From: the human T2T-CHM13v2.0 reference genome, Homo sapiens | Reading direction: 5' to 3' (one strand) | NCBI RefSeq assembly: GCF_009914755.1 | Contig: NC_060939.1 | DNA length: 64,000 nt | Shown: positions 1 to 18,132 of the stretch, piece after piece | Layout: each line of letters begins with the position of its first letter | How positions within the stretch are numbered: position 1 is the stretch's first letter | The notes under the pieces: generated by a model | Told to the model about the DNA's origin: nothing | What the model saw: only the letters and a program-made list of their open reading frames with translations | Databases searched by the model: none | Program-made: the position numbers and the translations under genes

Positions 1-3000
1 TCCACTCCAACACAGGATAGGAACCTATAGCCACTGCAAGATGAACTCAAGTCCTGGCTTGCATCAACACTAGTCAACTACAGTGGCCCAGGGCTCTGAA
101 TAACCCACAGTAACAGACAGGACTCAGCAGCCAAGGACTACAGACATGCCCCAGTGTTGCACTAGTCTCAGTGGCTGTAGGCTTTGGGTGTGCTCAGTGT
201 GTGCCAGCCTTGGCAGCCACTTGATTCTAGCCCAGCAGTGCACTTGGCATGGCAGTCCAGGTCTTAGGGCAACCCCCTAGCACAGCAACAGCTACAGCAG
301 TTATGGGCTTAGGGACTACACCAGATAATCGGCCCAGAATCTCTGAAGAAGCTTACTGCTAAAGGACATTCCCAGATAAAGCCAGGCTGTGAAGACTGGA
401 ATAAATACCTACTTAAATGCACAGAAATCCGTACATAACCGCAAGGAACAACCAGGGAAATGTGACCTCACCAAATAGACAAAATAAGGTGCCAGTGACA
501 GACCCTAAAGAGATGGAGATGTATTAATTGCCTGGCAAAGAATTTAAAATCGCTATTTTAAAGATGCTACTGAACATCAAAAAATACAGAGAAACAACTC
601 AGTGAAATTAGGAAAGCAATAAGTGACTAGAATGAGAAACTTAATAAAGAGATTAAAATAATTTTAAAAAATCAAACAGAAATCCTGGAACTAAAAAATA
701 CAGTGAACAAGATGGAAAATGCAATTGCACCAACAGCAGAACTGATCAAGCAAAAGAAAGAATCTATAAACTTGAAAACAGGTTATTTGGAAATATATAG
801 TCAGAAGAGAAAAAGAATGAAACAGAAGAAAGTTTATGGGATTTATGGGATAGCATCAAAAGAGCAAATATACAGTTCATTGTGTTCAACAGGGAGTAGG
901 AAAGGATAAAGGAGTAGAAATCTTATTTAAAGAAATAATACCAGAAAACTTTTCAAATCTGGAGAAAGATATGAATATCCAGGGACATAAAGGCCAAACA
1001 CCTCCCATCAGATTTAATCCAAATAAGACGATCTAAGACATATTATAACTAAAAGGTCAAAGATCAAAGAAAAAGAGAGGATCCTGAAAGTAACAACAGA
1101 AAATAAGCAAATAACATATAAGGGAGTTCCAATCCTCCTAGTAGCAGCAGAAACTGGACAGGCCAGGAGACAGTAGGATACTATATTTAAAGTGTTAAAG
1201 GAAAAAAACCTGCCAACCAAAAATACTGTAACTAGCCAAGCTATCCTTCAGAAATGAAGGAGAGATAAAGATGTTTCTAGACAAACAAAAGCTGAGGAAG
1301 TCCATCACTACCACACCTGTCTTAGAAGAAACCCTAATGGTAGTCTTCAGACTGAAATAAAAGGTTGCTGATGAGTAACATGGAAACATCTGAAAGTCTA
1401 GAACTCACTGGTAAAAGTAACTACACAATCAAATTCAGAATACCCTAATATTGTAATGATGGTGTGTAAATCACTTAACTTTTTAGTATAAAGGTTAAAA
1501 GACAAAAATTATTAAAAAACAAAAATAATTACAATAATTTATTGAGAGATATGCCATATAAAAAGATGTAAACTGTGTCATCAAAAATTCAAATGGAGAG
1601 TGGGGTTAAAGTGTAGAAGATTTGTTTTTTGCAATCAGTTGTTATCAGCTTAAAATAACCTACTGTAAGACGTTTTTGTAAGCTTTGTTATAATCACAAA
1701 GCAAAACCTGTAATAGATACACTAAAAGTAAAAAGCAAGGAATCAAACATACTACTAGAGAAAATCATTTAACCACAAAGGAAGACAGTAACAACAGAAG
1801 AAATCATTTACAAAATAACTAGAAAACAACTCAATGACAGTAGTAAGTCCTTACCTATCAATAAGTACCTTGAATATAAATGGATTAAATTCTCAAATCA
1901 AAAGACATAGAGTGGCGGAATGAATTTTTTTAAAAAGACCCATATATGTCTGCCTACAAAAGACTCACTTCACCTGTAAGTGGACACACACAGACTGAAA
2001 GTGAAGGAATGAAAAGATATTTGATGCAAATGGAAACCAAAAGAGCAAAAGAGTAGAAGGAGTTATACTTATATCAGATAAGTAGATTTAAAGTTATTTG
2101 TAAAAAGAGACAAAGAAGGTCAGTATATAATGATAAAGGAGTCAATTCAGCAAGAGGATATGACAATTGTAACTACTGCACCCAACATCAGAGCACCTAG
2201 ATATATAAAGCAAACATTACTTTGAAGGGAGAGACAGACTGTAATACAATAATAGTAGGGGTCTTCAACACTCCCATTTTAGCAATGAAAAGATCATCTG
2301 ACAGAAAATCAACAAAGAACTATCAGATTTAAACTGCACTCTAGACCAAATAGACCTAGCAGACATATACAGAACATTCCATTCAACAGCTGCGGAATAA
2401 CATTCTTCACAACAGCACATGGAACATTCTCCAAGATAGATCATATGTTAGGATCACAAAACAAGTCTTAACAAATTTAAGAAGACTGAAATCAAATATC
2501 AGGTATTCTTTCTGACTACAATGGTATAAAACTAAAAATCAATAATAGAAGGAACTTTTAAAAATTAACGAATACATGGAAATTAAACAACATGCTCCTA
2601 GAAAAACAATAGGTCAATGAGGAAATTCAAAGGAACATTTTTAAATATCTTGAGACTAATGAAAATGGAAACACAATGTATCAAAACCTGTGGCATACAG
2701 CATAAGCAGCTCTATAAGGAAAGTTTATAGCAACAAATGCCAACATCAAAAAGGAAGATCTCATACAGCCTAACACTGCACCTCAAGGAACTAGAAAAAT
2801 ATGGGCAAACTAAACCCAAAATTAGTAGAAGGAAGAATATACTAAAAATCAGAGCAGAAGTAAATGAAATACAGAATAGAAAAAATAATACAAAAGATAA
2901 ACGAAGACTTGGGTGTTTTTTTGAAGATTAACAAAATGAACAAACCTTCAGCTAGGCTGAGAATAAAAGAAGACTCAAATAAATAAGAGATGAAAAAAGA

Positions 3001-3448
3001 GACAATTGATACTACAGAAATACAACAGATTTTAAGAGACTATTATGAACAACTATATGCCAACAAAATGGGTAACTTAGAAAAAATGGAAAAATATTAG
3101 CCGCATACAACCTACTACAATTGAATTATGAAGATACAGATCTGAACAGAACAATAACAAGTAAGGAGATTGAATCAATAATAAAATGTCGGGGGGGAGG
3201 AGCCAAGATGGCCGAATAGGAACAGCTCCGGTCTACAGCTCCCAGCGTGAGTGACGCAGAAGACGGGTGATTTCTGCATTTCCATCTGAGGTACCGGGTT
3301 CATCTCACTAGGGAGTGGCAGACAGTGGGCGCAGGTCAGTGGGTGCGCGCACCGTGCGCGAGCCGAAGCAGGGCGAGGCATTGCCTCACTTGGGAAGCGC
3401 AAGCGGTCAGGGAGTTCCCTTTCCGAGTCAAAGAAAGGGGTGACGGAC

Positions 3449-3643
3449 TCACCTGGAAAATCCGGTCACTCCCACCCGAATATTGCGCTTTTCAGACCGG
3501 CTTAAAAACCGGCGCACCACGAGATTATATCCGGCACCTGGCTCGGAGGGTCCTACGCCCACGGAATCTCGCTGATTGCTAGCACAGCAGTCTGAGATCA
3601 AACTGCAAGGCGGCAGCGAGGCTGGGGGAGGGGCGCCCACCAT
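3449..3643 (-). CDS. LINE-1 antisense ORF0, truncated to 64 aa
   Basis: MVGAPPPASLPPCSLISDCCASNQRDSVGVGPSEP...RVGVTGFSR* matches primate ORF0 and stops 7 codons before the 71-aa consensus end. Confidence 0.75.
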   Translation of the reverse strand: MVGAPPPASLPPCSLISDCCASNQRDSVGVGPSEPGAGYNLVVRRFLSRSEKRNIRVGVTGFSR

Positions 3644-4098
3644 TGCCCAGGCTTGATTAGGTAAACAAAGCAGCCGGGAAGCTCGAACTGGGTGGAGCCC
3701 ACCACAGCTCAAGGAGGCCTGCCTGCCTCTGTAGGCTCCACCTCTGGGGGCAGGGCACAGACAAACAAAAAGACAGCAGTAACCTCTGCAGACTTAAATG
3801 TCCCTGTCTGACAGCTTTGAAGAGAGCAGTGGTTCTCCCAGCACGCAGTTGGAGATCTGAGAACGGGCAGACTGCCTCCTCAAGTGGGTCCGTGACCCCT
3901 GACCCCCGAGCAGCCTAACTGGGAGGCACCACCCAGCAGGGGCACACTGACACCTCACACGGAAAGGTATTCCAACAGACCTGCAGCTGAGGGTCCTGTC
4001 TGTTAGAAGGAAAACTAACAAACAGAAAGGACATCCACACCAAAAACCCATCTGTACATCACCATCATCAAAGACCAAAAGTAGATAAAACCACAAAG

Positions 4099-5115
4099 AT
4101 GGGGAAAAAACAGAACAGAAAAACAGGAAACTCTAAAACCCAGAGCGCCTCTCCTCCTCCAAAGGAACGCAGTTCCTCACCAGCAACGGAACAAAGCTGG
4201 ATGGAGAATGACTTTGACGAGCTGAGAGAAGAAGGCTTCAGACGATCAAATTACTCTGAGCTACGGGAGGACATTCAAACCAAAGGCAAAGAAGTTGAAA
4301 ACTTTGAAAAAAATTTAGAAGAATGTATAACTAGAATAACCAATACAGAGAAGTGCTTAAAGGAGCTGATGGAGCTGAAAACCAAGGCTCGAGAACTACG
4401 TGAAGAATGCAGAAGCCTCAGGAGCCGATGCGATCAACTGGAAGAAAGGGTATTAGCAATGGAAGATGAAATGAATGAAATGAAGCGAGAAGGGAAGTTT
4501 AGAGAAAAAAGAATAAAAAGAAATGAGCAAAGCCTCCAAGAAATATGGGACTATGTGAAAAGACCAAATCTACGTCTGATTGGTGTACCTGAAAGTGATG
4601 GGGAGAATGGAACCAAGTTGGAAAACACTCTGCAGGATATTATCCAGGAGAACTTCCCCAATCTAGCAAGGCAGGCCAACGTTCACATTCAGGAAATACA
4701 GAGAACGCCACAAAGATACTCCTTGAGAAGAGCAACTCCAAGACACATAATTGTCAGATTCACCAAAGTTGAAATGAACGAAAAAATGTTAAGGGCAGCC
4801 AGAGAGAAAGGTCAGGTTACCCTCAAAGGGAAGCCCATCAGACTAACAGCGGATCTCTCGGCAGAAACTCTACAAGCCAGAAGGGAGTGGGGGCCAATAT
4901 TCAACATTCTTAAAGAAAAGAATTTTCAACCCAGAATTTCATATCCAGCCAAACTAAGCTTCATAAGTGAAGGAGAACTAAAATACTTTACAGACAAGCA
5001 AATGCTGAGAGATTTCGTCACGACCAGGCCTGCCCTAAAAGAGCTCCTGAAGGAAGCGCTAAACATGGAAAGGAACAACCGGTACCAGCTGCTGCAAAAT
5101 CATGCCAAAATGTAA
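4099..5115 (+). CDS. LINE-1 ORF1p, intact 338 aa
   Basis: Full-length MGKKQNRKTGNSK...QNHAKM. REKG, ARR and YPAKLS motifs are retained. Confidence 0.9.
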   Translation: MGKKQNRKTGNSKTQSASPPPKERSSSPATEQSWMENDFDELREEGFRRSNYSELREDIQTKGKEVENFEKNLEECITRITNTEKCLKELMELKTKARELREECRSLRSRCDQLEERVLAMEDEMNEMKREGKFREKRIKRNEQSLQEIWDYVKRPNLRLIGVPESDGENGTKLENTLQDIIQENFPNLARQANVHIQEIQRTPQRYSLRRATPRHIIVRFTKVEMNEKMLRAAREKGQVTLKGKPIRLTADLSAETLQARREWGPIFNILKEKNFQPRISYPAKLSFISEGELKYFTDKQMLRDFVTTRPALKELLKEALNMERNNRYQLLQNHAKM

Positions 5116-5178
5116 AGACCATCGAGACCAGGAAGAAACTGCATCAACTAACAAGCAAAATAACCAGCTAACATCATA

Positions 5179-9005
<3,827 letters not shown>

Positions 9006-9314
9006 ACAATGAGATCACATGGACACAGGAAGGGGAATATCACACTCTGGGGACTGTGGTGGGGTGGGGGCAGGGGGGAGGGATAGCATTGGGAGATATA
9101 CCTAATGCTAGATGACGAGTTAGTGGGTGCAGCACACCAGCATGGCAGATGTATACATATGTAATCAACCTGCACAATGTGCACATGTACCCTAAAACTT
9201 AAAGTATAATAAAAAAAATAAATAATAATAAAATGTCTCCCATCAAAGAAAAGCCCAGAACCTGATTGTTTCAGTGATGAATTCTACCAAATATTTAAAG
9301 AAAAGCTAATATAA

Positions 9315-9662
<348 letters not shown>

Positions 9663-11010
9663 CCAAAGACATTTTATAAGGACAGCACCCTAACATCAAA
9701 ACCAGACAAGGACACACACACACACACAAGAAAACTACAGGCCAATATCCCTGATGAACATAGAAGCAAAAATCCCCAGCAACATGTTAGAAAATCAAAT
9801 TCAACAAGAAATTAAAAAGATCACTCATCATGGTTAAGTGTGATTTATCCCAGGGATATAAGGATGGTTCAATAAATGTAATACATCACATTAATAGAGT
9901 GAAGGACAAAAACTATAAGATCATTTCAATAGATGCAGAAAAAGCATGTGACAAAATTCAACCATCTCTTCACGACAAAAATTCTCAACAAGTTAGGTAT
10001 AGGAATGTACCTCAATGCAATAAACGTCATGTATGACAAATCCACAGCTAACATAATACGGAATGGGGAAAATTTGAAACCTTTTTTTCTAAGACCTGGA
10101 ACAACACAAGAATGCCCACTTTTCCCCACTTCTATTCAACATAGTACTGGAAATCCTAGCCAGAGCAATTAGGCAAGAGAAAGAATTAAAAAGGCATTCA
10201 AATTGGAAAACAGGAAATCAAATTGTTCCTCATTGCAGACAGCATGATCATATACCTAGAAAACCCTAAAGACTCTACCAAAAAAACTGTCAGAACTAAT
10301 AAACAACTTCAATAAAGTTGCAGAATGCAAAATTAATACACAATAATTAGTAATGTTTCTATACACTAATAGTGGACTCTCTGAAAAAGAAATCAAGGAA
10401 ACAATCCCACTTAAAATGGCTCCAAAAAAAGATACCTAGAAATAAACTTAACCAAGGAAATTGAAAGTTATCTACAATGAAAACTGTAAAACACTGATGA
10501 AAGAAATTGAAAAGGATACAAATAAATTTAACAATATTAATTGGAAGAATTAATATTGTTAAAATGTCCACACTACCCCCAAAGCAGTCTACAGATTCAG
10601 TGCAATTCTTGTCAAAATACCTATGGCATTCTTTAAAAAAAAAAAGAAAAAAAATTCTAAAATTCACAGGGAACCACAAAAGACCGCAAATACCCACAGC
10701 AATCTTGAATAAGAAGAACAAAGGTGGAGACATTGCACTCCTAACTTCAAAATATGCTGCAAGGCTATAGTAACCAAAACAGCATGGTACTGGCATAAAA
10801 ACAGAGACAGAATAAAGAGCCCAGAAATAAATCCAAACTTTTACAGCCAACTGATTTTCACAAAGGTGCCAAGAACACACAATGGGGAAAGGACAATCCC
10901 TTTAATAAATAGCATTGGGAAAACTGGATATACATATGTAGAATAAAATTAGACCCTTATTTCTTAACATATACAAATACCAACTCTAAATTGGATTAAA
11001 GACTTAAATA

Positions 11011-11310
11011 GGCTGAACGCAGTGGTTGATGCCTGTAATCTCAGCACTTTGGGAGGCCAAGGCAGGCGGACCACCTGAGGTCAGGAGTTGGAGACCAGCC
11101 TGGCCAACATGGCAAAACCCTGTCTCTACTGAAAATGCAAAAATTAGCCGGGCGTGGTAATGCACTCCTGTAATCCCAGCTACTCAGGAGAGTGAGGCAG
11201 GAGAATTGCTTGAACCTGGGAGGAGGAAGCTTCAGTGAGTCGAGATTGTGCCACTGCACTCCAGCCTGGGTGACAAAGCGAAACTCAGTCTCAAAACAAA
11301 CCAAAAAAAA
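11011..11310 (+). mobile_element. AluS
   Basis: Alu dimer; TSD ~ACTTAAATA. Confidence 0.93.
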
Positions 11311-11773
11311 CTTAAATATAAGACCTGAAACTATAGAACTACTATAAGAAAACACGGGAAAACTCTATGAAATTGGTCTGGGCAATGATTTTTTTAATAT
11401 GGCCTCAAAAACAGAGGCAACAAAACCAAAAATAGACAAATGGGATTGCATGAAACTAAAAACTACTGCACCGCAAAGAAAACAATCAACATAGTAAAGA
11501 GACAACCTACATAAGGAGAGAAAATATATGGAAACTACACATCTGATAAGGGGTTAATATCCAAAATATTTAAGGAACTCAGACAAGTCAATAGCAAGAA
11601 TACAAATAACCTGATTTTAAAAATAGGCAAAAGACATGAATAGACGTTTTTCAAAAGAAGACATACAAATGGCCAACAGGCATATGAAAAAGTCTCAATA
11701 TCACTAATCATCAGGAAAATGCAAATTAACCACAAGGAGCTATCACCTCACTCCTGTTTGAATGGCTGTTGTC

Positions 11774-12073
11774 GAGCTGGGTGCAGTGGCTCACGCCTGT
11801 AATCCCAGCACTTTGGGAGGTCGAGGCTGAGGTCAGGAGTTCAAGACCAGCCTGGCCAACATGGTGAAACCCTGTCTCTACTAAAAATAAAATAAAAAAT
11901 AAAAAAAAAATAGCCAGGTGTGGTGGTGGGTGCCTGTAATCCGAGCTACTCAGGAGGCTGAGGCATAATTGCTTGAACCCAGGAGGTGGAGGTTACATTG
12001 AGCCGAGAGCATGCCATTGCACTCCAGCTGTGCAACAGAGTGAGACTCCGTCTCAAACAAAGAAAAAAAAAAA
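11774..12073 (+). mobile_element. AluS with a small left-arm deletion
   Basis: Alu dimer; TSD GAATGGCT(G/C)TTGT. Confidence 0.9.
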
Positions 12074-12455
12074 GAATGGCTCTTGTTAAAAAGACAAAAG
12101 ATAACAAGCTGGCAAGGATGTAGAGAAAAGGAAACTGTACACGCTATTGGTGGAGATTGAAATTTGTATAGCCATTATGGAAAACAGTATGGCAGTTCCT
12201 CAAAAAATTAAAAACAGAACTGTCAGTCTTATGACTTGCACTTTTTTATTATTACATATTGATCTTCTTTGTCTCTAATAATGTTTTTTACCTGAAAATC
12301 TATTTTGTGTGATATGGCTACACCTATACATGGTTTGTCTGATATAACTATACCTGCTTAATATTTACCTGGAATATCTTTTTCCATTCTTTTACTTTCA
12401 ACTTTATATTTTAAGTGTGTCTCTTATAAGCAAAAAATGGCTAATCTTTTATTTT

Positions 12456-12504
12456 ATATATATATGTGTGTGTATATATATATATGTGTGTGTATATATA
12501 TATA

Positions 12505-12562
<58 letters not shown>
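12456..12562. repeat. (TA)n/(TG)n compound microsatellite at an Alu tail
   Basis: Directly visible. Confidence 0.95.
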
Positions 12563-12565
<3 letters not shown>

Positions 12566-12844
12566 GTGTTTTTGAGATAGGCTCTCACTCCGTCACCCAG
12601 GCTGGAGCGCAGTGGCACAATCACAGCTTACTGCAGCCTGGACCTCCAATCCTCCCACCTCAGCTTTCCAAGCATCTGGGACTACACGCATGCAGCACCA
12701 CACCTGGCTAATTTTTTTGTTTTTTGTAGAGAGGAGGTCTCGCTATGTTGCCCAGATTGGTCTTAAACTCCTGAGTTCAAGGGATCCTCCCATCTTGGCC
12801 TCTCAAAGTGCTGGGATTACAGGTGTGAGTCACCGTGCCTGGCC
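12563..12844 (-). mobile_element. AluJ
   Basis: Diverged Alu with J-type features. Confidence 0.88.
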
Positions 12845-14670
12845 TAATCTGTCTTTAAAATTTCATGTGACAGTATTTACTTTTAACTGGATAATCGATT
12901 CCATTCACATATATTGGGATAAATGGTTAATTAATATTTATTTTATTTTGTAATTTCTATTATTTTTTGCATTTTCATTTTCTTTTGTTTAACTATTATT
13001 ATCATTCCTTTCTTCCATTCTTGTGGATTAATTTTATTTTTTACTTTATTTTTTCCTTTACTAGTTTGAAAGCTTTGCACTCAATTTCTATTCTTTCGAT
13101 GACTACTCTAGAAATCGTAACATACACATATAATTTAGTTAAATCTTATGATACTAAATACTCACCTCTTGAACAGATCAAGGACTTTAGTGTACTTTAA
13201 CTCCGATTAATCCCATTGGTAGTTTAGCTTTATCTTGTCTTTATTTAAATTAGTTGTTATTTTTGTTAAATGGCTAATGTTTGTTTTGCCCTGACCAGTC
13301 TTAATTCCTGCATTTTCTTGCTTTGGGCATCTGAAGAGTACTCCTACTTTCTTGCTAATTTAGCACTTAAATAATTTTTAAATATAGCATATGAGATGTA
13401 TTGCAGCAGAAGGCTTTTATGGATGTATCCAGGATACCAAACTACTTGGAATGGACATCTCCTATTCATCTTTGTAATCCTTTTGTCTCATTCACTGTCT
13501 GGTATGTAGTGAGTGCTTAATTAATCATCATAGAATGAAGAGAAAAAGAGTTTTAGCCTGTGGGCTTGAGAAACTAGCTACCACTGATGGAAACAGGGAC
13601 GCTTAGTAGCAAAAATAAACTGGGCTTAAACCAGAAGATTCTAGATGTATTGAGTTTGAAGTTGACTGTGGGATTTGCAAGTAGCAATGTCCGACTGAAA
13701 GTTAAAGATATTATAAAATCTTACATTTGGAACCTAAATAGTCATAACATCCAAATAAGTACCCACCACAGGAATCCTAATGATAAAGATCATTACAGCC
13801 TATACCTTAACACTAAAAAAATAGTCTTCACCCATTAATGCTAGAGTTGGACATCTCTAACCTTAGAAAATTCTACATTAAGTACCAAAATCTGTCCTAT
13901 TTAGGTTTAAACTCTTTTTTATCTGACTTCTAAATTAGTGCAGATTATGTCAACTCTCTTTTCCTGGTGATAGTTCTTCAATGTGAGTTCTCACTGACCT
14001 ACTCCACTAGGGGCTCTCTTTATACCCTCCCATCTTTTCTAGAACCTTCCATTTGTACAAACTAATATTCACCAGCTGGTGATGTTAACATTGAAAGCAG
14101 GAGCAATTTCACTAATGGCGGCTTATATACATAAGTGGCTTATGTATATACCCTATATATGTGGGCTGACAGAGTCACTCATTTAATGCAGATCCTTTTA
14201 CTAAAGCCTAGCAATTCAGGATTGAGAGAAGCCTTACCTTGTAGCTTGAAAGAGGTAGTTGAACCTGAGAGAATATTGACATAGCTTGAACCTATCTTGA
14301 AAAAGTCTTAGGGAAATTCCTGAACAGCATATCATTGACATATGCAAATCCCTCTATATTTTGCTAAAAGTTTTCGTGTGCATTACCTTACGAGGGAAGA
14401 ATAATCATGATCCATGGTGTGCAGATGAAGAAAATGTCTTAGAGTGTAGATGACCCAAGGTCCCAAAGCATGAAGGAAAAGCCTAGAACTTGAATCCAAA
14501 TCTTCTAGTTGTCCACCACATCATTACTCACCCAATTTAAGTTGTTAGAGTAGATAGAGTCATTCCAAGAAGATGGCTTTAGATCTTTGGGCCTCATTTC
14601 AAGGACAAGGATGACACCACTCTCACTCATACCTTGACCCCCTTAATGAAAGCCTTTTCTTTCTACCATC

Positions 14671-15158
14671 TGTGGTAAGCAGATAATGCTGCAAAGATGT
14701 CCGTGCCCTAAACCTGTGAATATATTACCTAACCTGGCAAAAGAGAATTAGGCTGCAGTTGCAATCAGAGTTGCTAATCAGAAGATTTTGAGATGAGGAG
14801 ATTATTCTGGATTATCCAGATGGGCCCACTCTAATCACATGAGTTCCTAAAAGTGGAAGAAAAAGCTGAAGAGAAACCTGCAAAATGACAGCATGAAAAA
14901 GACTCAACCCACCCATGCTGGATTCAAACATGGAAGAAGGAAGCCACAAATCAAGGAATACAGGTGGCTTCTAGAAGCTGGAAAAAGCAAGGAAATGAAT
15001 TCTGCCCCTAGAGCCTCCAGAAAGGAACACAGCCCTGGTGACACTTAGATTTTAGCCCAGTGTGGTCAAAAGCCCAGTGTCAGACTTCTGACCTACAGGA
15101 CTGTAAGACAATCAATTTGTATCATTGTAAGCCACTGTTGTAATTAGAAAATAATATG
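14671..15158 (+). mobile_element. MaLR solo LTR (MLT1D/E-like)
   Basis: Begins TGTGG; contains GATTATCCAGATGGGCCC and AGAGCCTCCAGAAAGGAACACAGCCCTG. Confidence 0.75.
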
Positions 15159-15244
15159 CCACCTCTTAACGTTAGTCTTCCTAAAGATTATTTGACCTTC
15201 AAATTTTATAGCTACTTAGGAACACTTTTAAGATTTAAAAAATA

Positions 15245-15750
15245 ACTACAAGCTGATGCCTCCAAAATCAACATCTTTAGCCCTGACATTCTCCCCAAGC
15301 TTCAAATGTCTACATCCAACTGCTTATGGGGTATTTCCGCTTCCATGCCCCATGTTTCCACAAACTCAGTGCATCTTGATGGAACTCACCTTCATTCTTT
15401 CCAATCCTACTCCTCCTTGTATAATATATCCCCTTATCTGAATTAGGGGCTGTCAATCTACACCAGAAACTCAGGAGTCCTCTTTCACGGACCCCTCAAT
15501 TCTCCCTCTCTCCCACCAGTCAGTTGATCACTACGTGCTCTTTATTTTACCTCTGAAGTTATTTTTTCCTCTGCTGTCCATCCCAGCGATTTACCACCAT
15601 CCTAGTTCTCACCCTCAGTATCTTTATTGTAACCTTCCTTTCTCTGATCTCTTTGCCTTTCAGCTGGTCCTTCGGAAATCCAACCTCCACAGAGTTGAAA
15701 GTGATACACCTAAAGTTTAAATCTGACCAAATCACTCTCCTATTTAAAAA
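15245..15750 (+). mobile_element. LINE-2 fragment
   Basis: GCTGATG..TCCAAAATC..CATCT..AGCCCTGAC RT-region signature; pyrimidine-rich. Confidence 0.6.
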
Positions 15751-15756
15751 TGTTCA

Positions 15757-16066
<310 letters not shown>

Positions 16067-16502
16067 AAATGTCCAAAGGCCACACTTCTTCCCATGGCCT
16101 TTATGCAAGATGTCTCCTGGCCTGACCTCCCACTCTCACTCCCGGGGCCATCTCTTGCTATTCTCTGCTGTCCTTTCTCCCTGCCTTTAGCGTCTCTGCT
16201 GTGTGAAATGGCTATATAGCATGTTAGAGCTGTGAAAGTAATTTTGCAAATAGTATCTCATTTCTCAAAATAACTAACAAGAGAGGTAGAAAAAAAAACC
16301 TCGTATTCTCATTTTACAAATTAAAAGGCTGAAGTTCAAAAAAGCTAGCTGATTGCCGAGGGCATACAGCCAGGAGGAAGTGGAAGAAGACAAGAATCCC
16401 TTCCCTCCCCATACCTTTGGGCACATTGGCCAGTGCTTGTTCTAACTGTTTTAAATGACAGCATAAGAAAGCGGACTCTACCAATTAGAATATGAAGGCA
16501 GA

Positions 16503-16917
<415 letters not shown>

Positions 16918-18132
16918 TCACTGTCCAGTTCTAAATGTTTGTTCAAGCATCCAGACGTCTTAAAAGACAGATGCTACAGCCTGCTGAACTTTTAGTCCCT
17001 TGAAGATGAAAACTTCTGCTTCCTGAAACTGTCAATTATCAAAAATAATTGTGTGGTGCTGAATAAATCCTCACTGATGCAGTCAGCACATGGGCACGGC
17101 AGTGTATTAGATCTCATAGAATAAAAATGATTACACCAAACGTGCTACTACCAAGTCCTTTCTCAATAGCTTCCACTAGAAAATATACATCCTTATTTTC
17201 TACTCCTTATTTCAAGATAAAAAGTAGAGCACATTAATAAATGGTCTTATACAAAGTAATACTTATTACATGATCTAGCCAAATGTCCCTGTCAGTGTCC
17301 CCCAGACGACCTTTGTCTACCCCAGGAATTCCGGGCTCTTTTGTGTACCTTTAGCTGTCACAGAGTCCTCTTCAAGACTTTAACTCTTCCTCTCTCCTGA
17401 CACACCAAGAGTCTTTAATTCTCATCCTAAAAGCAATGAATTTGGCATCAGATTGACAATTGTGCAATTCCAGAAACCCCATCCATCCCTTCGTCAGTGC
17501 AGCCATGCAGCTTTCGGGACACCTCACATCTCATCTATCAGAAAGAAGTCACTGTCCCCAACACCCCCAGGGCCTCCTACAGCCTCTGCCTCCGTGTCAC
17601 AGCAGTGACTTAATCTTCTTCTTCCTGCCCTCTAAGCCAGAGTCATACCCAAAGGCCACACGTTCCTGTCCCACCCCTGAGGCCCAGGCAGTCTCCTCTC
17701 TCTTCCAGTTTCGTGGCTCTCCTGCTTTAACCACTGCTGGAATCTCATCTTCCAGGTTCAAATCTCAGAGGCAGTCAGGCAGCCCTAAAAGGGCTGCTGA
17801 GGAAAGTTTAAGTGCACACCATTATACGTCTACATCACACCCTGGAGCTCCTCCTCAGCAACGACTCCATCCATCCCCACTGCTCATGGAGGTTCCCAGG
17901 TCTGGAAAGACTGAGCTAGCAAGTAGAGACGTCATCGATGCAGCCTCTCCATGAGTAGGTGACAGGTGTACTCTCCTCTCTTCCCTATCCTCTTTTTATC
18001 CTCAGAGGACTGGATTCAGCCTTGGGTCCCTGTCCTCTGGGTTCCTTCACCTTAGTCACAATGAATGCTCTTGAATAGAGTAGGAAACAAATGGTGATCA
18101 CCATCTCATATTTTTCTGCCAGGCAGAAAAAC

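Larger units (their letters stand above)
12225..13250 (-). mobile_element. Ancient antisense L1 fragment (ORF2 EN region), interrupted by an Alu
   Basis: The reverse complement resembles L1 EN sequence (ATATCAGACAAA, AAAATAGA); strongly T-rich. Confidence 0.55.

Noticed and set aside
60-330. Degenerate ~40-bp repeats (CAGC..CC…GGGC..AGG…CCCCAG)
   Set aside because: Consistent with the repetitive 5' region of old L1M-type elements; not CRISPR-like and no constant repeat-spacer structure.
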